A DNA stretch of 64,000 nt from the human T2T-CHM13v2.0 reference genome, Homo sapiens: the NCBI RefSeq assembly GCF_009914755.1, contig NC_060929.1; one strand, given 5' to 3'. Within the stretch, counting starts at the first letter, position 1. Every line of letters begins with the position of its first letter. Positions 52,586 to 64,000 of this stretch are shown here, piece after piece. Position numbers and translations under genes: made by a program. The notes under the pieces are model-generated. The model worked only from the letters and a program-made list of their open reading frames with translations. It ran no database searches and was not told the origin of the DNA.

Positions 52586-54624
52586 ACTTGTGCTATTTGG
52601 CTTTGAAAACAAGGTTTAGTTTAATTGACAGGATATTATCAAATTCAAGCTGACTTGTATGGACAAATCTCAAAATATGAGGGTGGCATACAGAAATCAA
52701 GAGGAACATATGAATGTTCCATATGTGTGTTATGCAAGGTCCTTGCAGTGACTGTGAATTCTAAACAACAGGAAGGGACAAAATTAAAATGTCAATTTAG
52801 TTTTAATTCATGAATGTATTTTTTTCAGAGCATCAGTGAAGCAGCATCATTTGAAACATCATTGTTATTTACAAAGAGAGAGAGAGGATTGAGCAAGTAT
52901 TATTTCATTTTTTATAATAGTGTTTTAAAAAAGAATAAGGGAGTGCTTTGGGTCTATTGGCCAGAAGAGCAAGCAGATCCATGTTTTCATGTTCCAGCTG
53001 GCACAAGCCCCAGCAGACAGCCATAGAGCAGACTGCAGGCTGCCCAGGAAAGCGGCACTTACTGCAACATGGAATCACCCTGTAGGCTACACTTGTGATT
53101 TAATTCCTCCAGGAGAGATTCAGGTTTGTAGGACTTATTATTAGTCCTATACATATGCTTTGCAGATTCTAGTAAAGTAAGATTAATGTGAAAGCAGTTT
53201 TTCCAAAATTTTTTTTTTGCAATTCAACACACTCATTTCCACAACGTTCGCTTTCAAGGGGGGAAAAAAAAAGCAAAAAACATGGCATTAATTTCACAAA
53301 GATATTTAAATTGCCAACCTCTCAACTACCTCCATCTCCAAGAACTCTATAGATTTAGAGGTTTTTTTAAGTATCCACATACATACATATGCACACGCAT
53401 GCATACACACACACACACACAAAAACCATGCAAATTTCTAAAGGCATGATTTCAAAACTCTCTAGCAAACAATAAGATGCTAGAAGGGGGGCGGGGTTTC
53501 CCATTTTACCTATTCAAACTCTAAAACACCTGCTGTTAACACTGCCACACAATGGGGAATTAATTAATGGAGGTTCTAAATGAACTATGAGAAATTCCAC
53601 CTCACCATTCTCTACATCTGGTTCATATTTTACTATTGAAAATGAAGAAATGAAATCAGAGGTCATTTGAAAGTAAAAATGAAGGTGGTATGGTAACTAT
53701 AGGTAAAATCAATCTTATTATAAAATGTCCCATAAGGATGATTTTTCTTAAGACAAAGTCAGTAGTCAGCCAGAGTAAAGCAAAGAGATATCTATGCAAG
53801 AATTTTCCCCCAAAACATGTGCAAACTCCCATTGGTCTATTTGGGCAAAATTTCCAGACAGTCTTGTTTTCACAGAGTGATTATTGAAGAAACTCCTTAC
53901 ATTTGCATATAATATTAGCCAAGAATAACATTTCTCAATGACAGCAACAAAATTTAACTCTTTTTTAATGGTTTACAGTTTTTATTAAAATTTTAATAAG
54001 AGGCCCAGTTTTGAGACTTTTAGAACTGACGTGCTCCTTTCGCTTTGTTATAAAGGAGTTATCAAGTGTATATAGTGCTTATGGCCTACTGAAGAACCAT
54101 TAGGCCATAAAATAATCTGCCTGTAAAAATGATGAGGGAAGGTAAAATGTACAGTGTATAAACTACAATCTGAGCACTGTATTAAGGCCTAGTAGGAGGA
54201 GATATTGATTTATTTTCCATTGAACAAACATATTAAATTTCAGATGGGTTAATAAGTTAAAAAATAAACTTGAATCTAATACAAAGGAAAGAGAGAAGGA
54301 AATACAACAAAAAGAATGTCAAACACCTACCATACATTTTAAATTATTTCTGTGTATTTTGTGGGGAGGCATATGGGATTATTATCAGTACACCTTTTTT
54401 TTCAATTCTGCTACTTTCTTAAGGATATCTTTTGATGTCATAAGATTGATTTCTTAATCTAATAAAATATTTAGTATTTTATACACCATAAAATACCATT
54501 TCTGATATTGTAATGTAGCTTTCAAGCGGTTTCATGGGAGACAGTTTGGAGACAAGATGGTGATAGGCTGGGAATAAGGAGAGAAGACATGGGAGGGAGA
54601 GCTCAGCCCTGGGTGAAGACTCAT

Positions 54625-54815
54625 TACCAGTCCCAACTATCTGTGTGATATAAGGAAAGAGTCTCACCATCCAGGCTTCTAAGTTTTTTCATCTTTAGAG
54701 TGGGGAATGTCATTAAAGTATCAAAATGTAGGAAATAAATGAAATACTGCACCTAAAGAACTCTACCTGTCACAAAGAAAGCATTTGATATATTTTATCT
54801 ATGTTATTGTATTAT
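54625..54815 (+). mobile_element. MIR SINE
   Basis: actatctgtgtgatataaggaaag...gtttttcatctttagagtgggga...aaatgaaatactgcacctaaag. Confidence 0.6.
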
Positions 54816-55582
54816 TGCCTGGGTCCCTAAACAACTCTGTGGGTAGTTCCATTAGCCTCTCTGGCCTGCTTCTCCTAATTGTCTTTGACTATATGCAATC
54901 CAAAGCCCTAATTGGATCAGACCTTGAAGTTCTCAATATCCAACTGCCAGACCAATCTCCTAGGCCCCTTATAAGCCTGGATGTACTTCTTAACACCTTC
55001 TTTGTATGGATGAAATAGACTCAGTCCTGGGAATACCTATAGGTTGACCTATTCACTGCTCTAACATAAAACATCTCCCAAAATAATAATTCTCACCTTC
55101 GGGGTACAAACATTGGTATGTTGTAATGAAATGAGATTTATTACAAGTTTTTTAACAACAGTCATTGAAAATAATAATTATAATTACTAATGATTATTAA
55201 TATAGTTATGTTATTATATAACAGTATTATAAATTAGTTTAATAATAGTAACATCATAAATTTTCTTAACTTGAAATTGATTTGCTTTTAAAAAATGTAT
55301 TAGAGCAGAATCAAGATTAATCCTTTAATAATATCACTTTATTTGATTTTATTCCCAAAACCTTTCTTATGAGAATCTTGGAAAAAATTATGAATATGTC
55401 ACTGATGTTAATGTATGTATTAAATGTTTTGCAGCAGGGAAACAGTAAAAACCTTTTCCCAAAAGCAAACATAACATTTTAATTGTTTTAAAGGGGAAAT
55501 GAATCAATAAACAGACCTAATAAAATCTTGATACAGTCCATACAACATAATTGAAAGTTAACCAAAAATGCTTGTCTGCTAA

Positions 55583-56024
<442 letters not shown>

Positions 56025-56274
56025 AGTTATTTCTTTTTTAAAAAAATAGTCTTCAAACCCTAATAATCTCAAGCTATTTTTCTTGCAAATAATTCACAGG
56101 AGCTTCTTAAGTTTCCTTAAAGATTGCATAAAATTATGGCTTACCAGAAAATGGCACCTGGGGAGAAAGAAAACTCGTGAATGCCCTACACAGGGATATG
56201 AATTCAGAATTAAGTTACCTAAACCTATTATCATTGCTTTGCTTCACTCACATTATTCTTTTTCTTGTCCAGAC

Positions 56275-56418
56275 CAGTTTTCCAAGTGAGTCCTGGGAAT
56301 AGCCATCCCCATTACATTGGGACTAGTTAGAAATGCAAATCCTTGTGAGGCCCAGTGATTTGTTTTTTAACAAGCCCTCCAAGTGATTTGGATCCACGCT
56401 AAGGTTTGGAAATCACTG
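56275..56418 (+). mobile_element. MER5A (hAT-Charlie) with an internal deletion
   Basis: gttagaaatgcaaat...tttaacaagccctccaagtgatt...aaggtttggaaatcactg; 8-bp TSD gtccagac/ctctagac. Confidence 0.88.
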
Positions 56419-56507
56419 CTCTAGACTCATAGTAAATAAATATTCAAAAATGTTGAACAAGGAAGCAAAATACAGTATTTTGTGTCCTAACCATTTTGTC
56501 TATACTG

Positions 56508-57104
56508 TGTAGGGGAGAAAAAGTAATCTTTTCCTCACCTATCACAAAGGTCATGCTGACATCCCCACACCGAACAACAGACTAATAAAAGTGTAAAAAA
56601 TTCATTTCACCAAAGTCTTATGTGACACAGGAGCATTCAGAAATGAAGACCCAAAGATCCAGGGAAAACTGCATATTTTTATGGTGAGTCTGATGAAAGA
56701 AGTGGACAGAAGTGGAGAAACATGATTGGACAGAAAGAGGTATGATCCAATGGTTTTAAACTAGGTGAGCTCAGCAAGGTTTCTTCAGATTCTTTTCTGT
56801 CTCTGTGTATGACATTCCTTCCCTGCAGGTGTGGAGCAGGACATCTGTGACTGAGGATTTTTTAATGGAGAAGGGAGAAGGTCAGAGAGTGACCTTTCTA
56901 GGTTTTACGACTTAATTCAAGAGAGAGGAATTTTAGTTTCCATGACCCACTTCCAAGAAAAAAGAGGGTCAAATATAAGAGGACAGGAGAAGGTCAGAGA
57001 CACCTTCTTGCTTTTGAGACCCTCCCTGCTTCCTTCCTCCTGTTCCACAAATACTCAGCATGTCAAGGTGCCATACTTTTGGGTATCATGTTCTGAGCTC
57101 AGCA
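56508..57104 (-). mobile_element. ERV1 solo LTR, MER39/MER39B-like
   Basis: Minus strand starts TGCTGAGCTCAGAACATGATACCCAAAAGTATGGCACCTTGACATGCTGAGTA and ends ...CCCCTACA. Confidence 0.8.
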
Positions 57105-57121
57105 ATTATAAGAAGTTATTG

Positions 57122-57403
57122 TCACCTATTGTAATCTCAGCATTTTGGGAGTCCAAGACAGGACGATTGTTTGAGCTCAGGAATTCAAGACCACCCTGGG
57201 CAACATAAGGAGGCCTATTCTCTACACAAAATTAAAAAATTAGCCAGGAATGGTGGCACATGCCTGCAGTTCTAGCTACTCAGGAGGCTGAGGCAGGAGG
57301 ATCATCTGAGCCCCCAAGGTCGAGAATGCAGTGAGCCATCATAGCACCACTGCACTCTAGCCTGGGTGACAGAGCAAGATCCTGTCTCAAAAGAAAAAAA
57401 AAA
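57122..57403 (+). mobile_element. AluJ, 5'-truncated
   Basis: gattgtttgagctcaggaattcaagacc, ggaggatcatctgagccc, aggtcgag; A tail. Confidence 0.92.
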
Positions 57404-57599
57404 GGAGTAATTATCCCACTTATTTGTCTCTCATAATGATAGCATTATACTCAAAGATCACACTCCACCCGGGTTTGACAATCTTTGTAGTACATTGTAT
57501 GTAAAATGTAATGTCATAGTGAATGGCCTCAGGGTTGGTTTTCACGGTATTACCACGTGCTGATTCTCAACCAGTCTTTGGAAAAACACTCCCCCCAGC

Positions 57600-58037
57600 T
57601 GCTATAGTTTGGATGTTTAACCTCTCCAAAAATCATGTTGAAATTTGATCCCCAATGTTACACGTAGGGCCCAGTGGGAGGCGTTTGGGTCATGGAGATG
57701 GCTCCTTCATAGATTAATGTTCTCCCTAAAGTGGGGGAGTGAGTGAGTTTTTGCTTTATTAGTTCATGAGAGCTGGTTGCTAAAAAAAGGGCTCAGCTCT
57801 TCCCCACTTCTCTCTCTCTTGCTTCATTTCTTACCGTTTGATTTCTGCACATGCTGGCTCCCCTTCACCTTCTGCCATGATTTGGAAGCACTCTGAAGCC
57901 CTTAGCAGAAATGGAGCAGATGCTGGCACCACGATCCTCGTACAGTCGACAAAAGCATGAGCTAAATAAACCTCTTTTCTTTATAAATGACCGACCCTCA
58001 GGTATTCCTTTATAGGAACACAGAACAGACTAAGACA
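57600..58037 (+). mobile_element. MaLR solo LTR, MSTB/MSTB1-like
   Basis: tgctatagtttggatgttt...catgttgaaatttgatcccc...aataaacctcttttctt...acagactaagaca; 5-bp TSD ccagc/gcagc. Confidence 0.88.
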
Positions 58038-58294
58038 GCAGCAATCCCCCACTCCAGAAATTCAAACCACCCATATCATCCCCTCTCTCCATTTCCTTCA
58101 GGTTCACCGTTCACGTAGGTTTCAGAATCCATATGAATCAAGATAAATAATAAAGTGATCAGTACCATTATGATGTTTTTGGATATGTTTAAGCATGAGA
58201 AACAGATTCACTGAATGATGTCTTAATCATCCTTGTGACTACTCCACACTGCTAATACAGATAATTCACTTAAGATATATTAAGCAACTCTGCT

Positions 58295-59081
<787 letters not shown>

Positions 59082-59095
59082 GATCTGCAAAATAT

Positions 59096-59589
59096 TGTAA
59101 GACCACACAAATAAGAACAAGCAAAAGCGAAGGCTATTTATTCAGAGCTTGATACAGCAAAGGAGTACCCACCATCATTTGGATTTGGCAGACCTCAAAG
59201 GCAGGCAGAGGTGAAAGCTTTATAGAAATAAAAAGGACTGTTTCGGATGTGCCCTGATTGGAGGCTGTTAGCATGGGGAAACAGTAGGCAGCTAACTGAA
59301 AGCAGGGCATCCATGTGATTGGCTAGAGATGTATTTTTGGCTTTCTCCAGATGATCCTAGGTTGGGGAAACTGTCGATTATTAATCACGTCTTTGGATAT
59401 TTGGGGTAATTATTTTAGGGATTATTATTTGGTTTCCTCTACTAGTTGCTACAAAGAATAGTTGGACTTCCTGTACTGGTTACTATAGATAGGGAGCTGG
59501 CTTCCTGGGCTGGTTGCTACAGGTTGTGAGTAAACACCTTATTATTGCAAATAATCTGGCCATTTTTCATTTGTATATTCAGTCTCTCA
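59096..59589 (-). mobile_element. ERV1 solo LTR, MER67-like
   Basis: Minus strand starts TGAGAGACTGAATATACAAATG...ATGGCCAGA and ends ...TCTTACA; AATAAA near the 3' end; TSD atat/acat. Confidence 0.78.
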
Positions 59590-59594
59590 ACATC

Positions 59595-61090
59595 AATTGA
59601 AAAAAGACCAACAATCCAATGCTAACAGGCAAAAATCAAACCAAAAAAGGTAGATACAGTTAATAGAAAATAAAATAAAAATGACTTTGTAGAACAAGCA
59701 ATCTCATGTGTAATAAAAGATATGTATTACCACTTTCATCAATCAAGTTTGAGTAACAAACTTTGAAAAGATCAAAACGTTTGATAACAAACTTTGGGGA
59801 GAGTGTTTGAGGAAACAGATACCCTCATACATTGATGGTAAGAATAACAGTAACCTCTGCAGAAGCAGTCTTGTAATATCTATTAAAATGATAAATACAC
59901 AGACCCTTTAAGCCAGAAAGTCAATTTAAAAAAATTTATTTTATACTCTTGCACATATGTAAAATAACACAAATAAGGTTATTACTTGTAACCCTTTTTA
60001 TCAAGCAAAAGATGAAAAACAGTCTAAATGCTCATCCATAGGAATACTAATTAAATATGGTAAATTACAGTACAGTCATACAGTAGAACACTATATAACT
60101 GTAAGAAGAAATAAGAAGCTACTTTATCTTCTGATATAAAATAATCTCCAAGACACTCCATTAAGCAAAAAACACAAAAGCACATAAAATTGTAAGAGAG
60201 AATACACACACACACACGCACACACACTGCTTGTATACATATAAAATACACACAAGATTTTGGCATGATTATGTAAAATCTCATTTATATAGTCAGGCAT
60301 TGCAATGTTCCCATAACAATAGACCGCATATACGACAGTAGTCCTCATCAAATTGTAATACCATATTTTTACTGTACCTTTTCTATGTTTAGATATGTTT
60401 CGATACACAAATACTATTTTGTTACAACTGCCTACAGTATTTAGTACAGTAACATACCATAAAGGTTTGTAGCCTAAGAGTAATAGGCTATACCTAGCCT
60501 AGGTGTGTATAGGCTATACAATCTAGGTTTGTGTAAATATACTGTACGGTATTTTCACAACAAAGAAATTGCCTAAAGATGCATTTCTCAGAACAGATCC
60601 TCCTCGTTAAGTGATGCATGACTGAACATGAGAAATCAATAACATAAGCTACCTATGTCATCCACTGTTTAATGAAAGAAAAACAGGCACTCATATTTCT
60701 AATGCATGAACGAAAGGCTTAAAATATTTCTGTAAAGCAGTCTGGAAATTTCTACTTAAATAAACACACATAAATCCTTTGACCCATGCATCTCAATTTG
60801 GAAAAATTGTATGACAAAAATGAAAGTGTCAGTATGTAAAGTGATCTGTGTTAAGGTATTTATGGCAATATGGTTTGTAGAGGCAAAAATCATACCAAAG
60901 CAAAAGTTGTGAGCAATCTGAAAATCCAACCACAGGAAAATGGTGAAATAAGTTATGATATAGTCATACTGTAGAATATGATTCATATTTTGAAAAGGAT
61001 GGATAAATCTTAGTAATACTGTTAAGGGAAAGAAACAAGTTTGCAGAATAATATGTCTAGTGTGTTCCCATCTTTTAAATGAAATATATG
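59595..61090 (+). mobile_element. Old L1MC/L1ME 3'-region fragments interrupted by Tigger3a
   Basis: gaggaaacagataccctcatacattgatggtaagaat, gtctaaatgctcatccataggaa and ctttgacccatgcatctcaatt. Confidence 0.65.
60290..60624 (+). mobile_element. Tigger3a
   Basis: gaccgcatatacgac...atttttactgtaccttttctatgtttagatatgttt...gcatttctcagaac...tcgttaagtgatgcatgactg. Confidence 0.9.
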
Positions 61091-61094
61091 TGCA

Positions 61095-61405
61095 TAACAC
61101 AAATTACTTCAACAGAAAAATCCTTAAAAGCTTAGAAGATTCACACAGTAAAGATTTACATGTTTCTTACACAAAGTCCATGCCCATCAGGGGGCCTTCT
61201 CCATTTTATGGTTGTGCTACCCAGAGCCTGTAACCTCTAAGGTTGCCACAATCTCTAAGGTTAAGGCTTGTGTCAACCCCAAATTGACACACATCTTCCA
61301 TTCATATTTCACTGGCCAGCACTCACCATATGAACTAAATCTATCCACAAGGGAAGGGGGCTGGAAAATGCAGAGGATATTTAGTGAAAAATCATTCTCT
61401 CCCAC
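61095..61405 (-). mobile_element. MaLR MLT1-type LTR (J/K/L class)
   Basis: tgacacacatcttccattcatatttcactggccagcact...caagggaagggggctggaaaatgcag...tctctcccaca. Confidence 0.65.
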
Positions 61406-61659
61406 AGTATATATTTGTGTAGCTTAGTATGAACCTATCAAATTATTAACTATTATTATTCTTAAGGAGAGGTAATAAAGAGGTAGGAAGATAAAGATTG
61501 TGAACTTTTCTACATACAATATTTGTCTTGTAACAATGGGCAGATACCACTTTTATAAATGAAATAAAATTATATAAAAGTCAGGGATATTTGTATATAC
61601 AGTCACCTTTATCCTATACATGCACATACATCTATAAATAGAGCCTACTGTGTGACTGG

Positions 61660-61835
61660 CTGAGAGGGAATGTACAGGTTTGATGTAAGAGAAAGGAAAG
61701 AAAAAGTCGGTCAGCTGTTTCAGGTTCCTGAGATGATAAGAGGGATGGGACACAATATACAAACTGAAGAACTGGTCTTAATAAAAGAAAAGACAGCTTT
61801 TCTACTGTAAATAAGAGGAAACAAGCATATAAAGG
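61660..61835 (-). mobile_element. L2 fragment
   Basis: ttcctgagatgataagagggatgggacacaatatacaaactgaagaactggtctt...gacagcttttctactgtaa. Confidence 0.5.
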
Positions 61836-62525
61836 ATACAAATAAAGGTGAGCTTGTATCTTTAACGCCTAGAACATAACAAAGCATCTTTCCCATTACT
61901 CTTATCTTCTCTGTAAAAGAGGAGCCAAGGTTTTCTGATAAGTGTGAGGAACTAAAATGGTTTTCAGGCTGATTTGATTAAAGTTTGAAATAATGTTTGC
62001 AGAGGATGAAAAAATGAGCTGACCAGAGAAACATCTTAGTGTTGCCAGTATGAGACACAAACTTGATTTCATCAACTGCTTTCTTCCACCAAAACTTGCC
62101 ACTGCCTCCAAACCACTATTTCACTATCACTATTACCAATGCCAAGCACTCTGAGCTAGCTACAGTCTAAGGTGAACACTTAGTTCAACTCTACACATAC
62201 AACAGTTGATGCTGTTTCCATCTCCTCTTCTGGATTCGGATGAGATTATGTCCTGCAGTAGTAGGATCTGGCTTCCAGGGCATCAGCCAAGGAGCCAGGA
62301 GACAGAGCCAAAAAGTTTGGAATAGTTCTCACCTGTGGAGTGAAGATTTTTTTTTTTTTTTTGGCCAATAGGAAATAAAAGACGGTATGGAGATAAGCAG
62401 ATAAACCCCCTTCATTCTCCCTTTCATCTACTACCTTAAAGGAGACCTTTGTATTCTACTCAAGATGTAGTTTGAATTTAGAGCAAGGGCATGTCCATTT
62501 TTACACATAAAAAATAGAAAGGATA

Positions 62526-62917
<392 letters not shown>

Positions 62918-63309
62918 TCAATCAAGGTCTCATCAATAGAAATATGTGACTGTGGACCCCGGTTAAACAGTCTCTGTAAAGCTTTTGCCTTCATATCTGA
63001 TGTTGGAATTTGAGAGCAGTCAATAGGAAAAGAAGCTGTATGCAAAATGTGGAGGGCAGGAAAACTGAAACTCATTAGGACAAATTAAAACCCAATTTGT
63101 TGAAGTGGGTGTTCTCAAGGAGAAGCTGACACTTTTTATCATGGAACTAAACACACACTTGACCCAGGAGTGAACAAGAAGGAAAGTCCAAGGGAAAGTA
63201 AAATTCTTGCATGCAACAAGTTGAACTAGCAGATAAACAAGAATACATGTGAGTTATAAAAGTTCCTGCCCCAACCTTCTGAGTGTCAAAAACAAAATGT
63301 GGGCAGGGC

Positions 63310-64000
63310 GGGGGGTAGTGGAGATAAGATGGCTGGCTAAATGTAGCCAGGTGGAACAGCTCCCACCAAGGAACTGAGATGACTGGTGTGCTCCTATCCG
63401 ATTTTCAGAGGGAAGGGACCAAGAGTGGATGGAGGGAGGACATGGAAATTGGGCTGAAGGGGGAGAAAGCTGAGAACCCTGCACAGGGCTTTGCACATCA
63501 GGACTCATTCCAGGCCCCAGATGGCTCCAGGGGAATGGGTGAGTTGAACTGGCAAGAAGCAAACCACCCTCAACACAGGCCTCTGGAACCCTGGCAGGAA
63601 GAGACCTCTCAACTACCACAGACACTAGAGGTGGCATGGAGAGCTGTTAGAAAAGTGATAGGGGCAGCAAGCCAGCTGGTGTGGAGCCCAGAGGGTTTGA
63701 TGTGGGAGACCCAGTAGTAGAGCATGGCCAGGGACAGCTATTGCCCTAGGCTCAATTTGCTCCCATAGGAGACTTTGATCCTAGCGGAACTGTTGGATCT
63801 GAACTCTGTAGGGTGGTCTTGCCTGTCAGACGGGACTGGTCTGACCTGAGCACCCCTTGGACTGCTGGCCTCTCCTGTGGCCCCAGTCTGGCCATGCATG
63901 CTTGTAGGGTAGTCTTAGGTGCCCTGGGGGCCTGCACTGTAGCTTCTGCACTGGCAGACTGCCTGATCAGTGGAGAGCACCAGTGGGGCAGCCCCTATGG
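63310..64000 (+). mobile_element. LINE-1 5' UTR of an older primate family (L1PA12-16/L1P4 class), running off the window
   Basis: GC-rich; starts gggggtagtggagataagatggctggcta...cagctcccacc, a typical L1 5' terminus, after an A-rich target. Confidence 0.7.

Noticed and set aside
52575-52613. Possible 39-nt plus-strand micro-exon (ttttttccag|VPEALVLFGFENK|gtttag)
   Set aside because: Weak donor, unrecognised peptide and no partner exons found.
62201-62332. Possible 132-nt minus-strand exon (ctccacag|...|gtatgt)
   Set aside because: Short pyrimidine tract, stops in all frames, and the same site reads equally well as a donor (CAG|gtgaga).
63254-63937. GC-rich segment with several ORFs, possible gene promoter or first exon
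   Set aside because: CpG-poor and begins with an L1 5' terminus motif; best explained as an old L1 5' UTR.

Overview
This is AT-rich, CpG-depleted primate genomic DNA. It is almost certainly human, because it carries an AluYa5 with all five diagnostic substitutions. It looks intergenic or deep-intronic: no protein-coding gene, tRNA, rRNA or CpG island could be supported, and every protein-like ORF in the track is a decayed L1 ORF1p/ORF2p fragment or an Alu read-through. Much of the window is interspersed repeat: a near-full-length antisense L1MA-type element (about 18985-26114), an L1PA7/8-type element with two tandem 3' ends, ten Alus, several solo LTRs, hAT/Tigger/Mariner DNA-transposon fossils, and MIR and L2 copies. 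About 4.6-16.9 kb and 51.3-54.5 kb are repeat-poor and may hold regulatory elements. I found no new gene system. The notable signals are structural: (1) a TSD-flanked, polyadenylated chimeric retro-insertion made of an inverted internal L1 ORF2 piece fused to an ERV-internal fragment (41803-42868); (2) two templated-insertion repair scars, a 38-bp exact copy pasted into an Alu from 440 bp away and a fold-back plus tandem scar in L1 ORF1; (3) an inverted duplication that crosses a TE-TE junction; (4) a cryptic ~85-bp unit repeated four times in mixed orientation; (5) an old diverged direct duplication. Repeat family names come from recalled consensus sequences and identities were estimated by eye, so both need RepeatMasker/Dfam and alignment confirmation.
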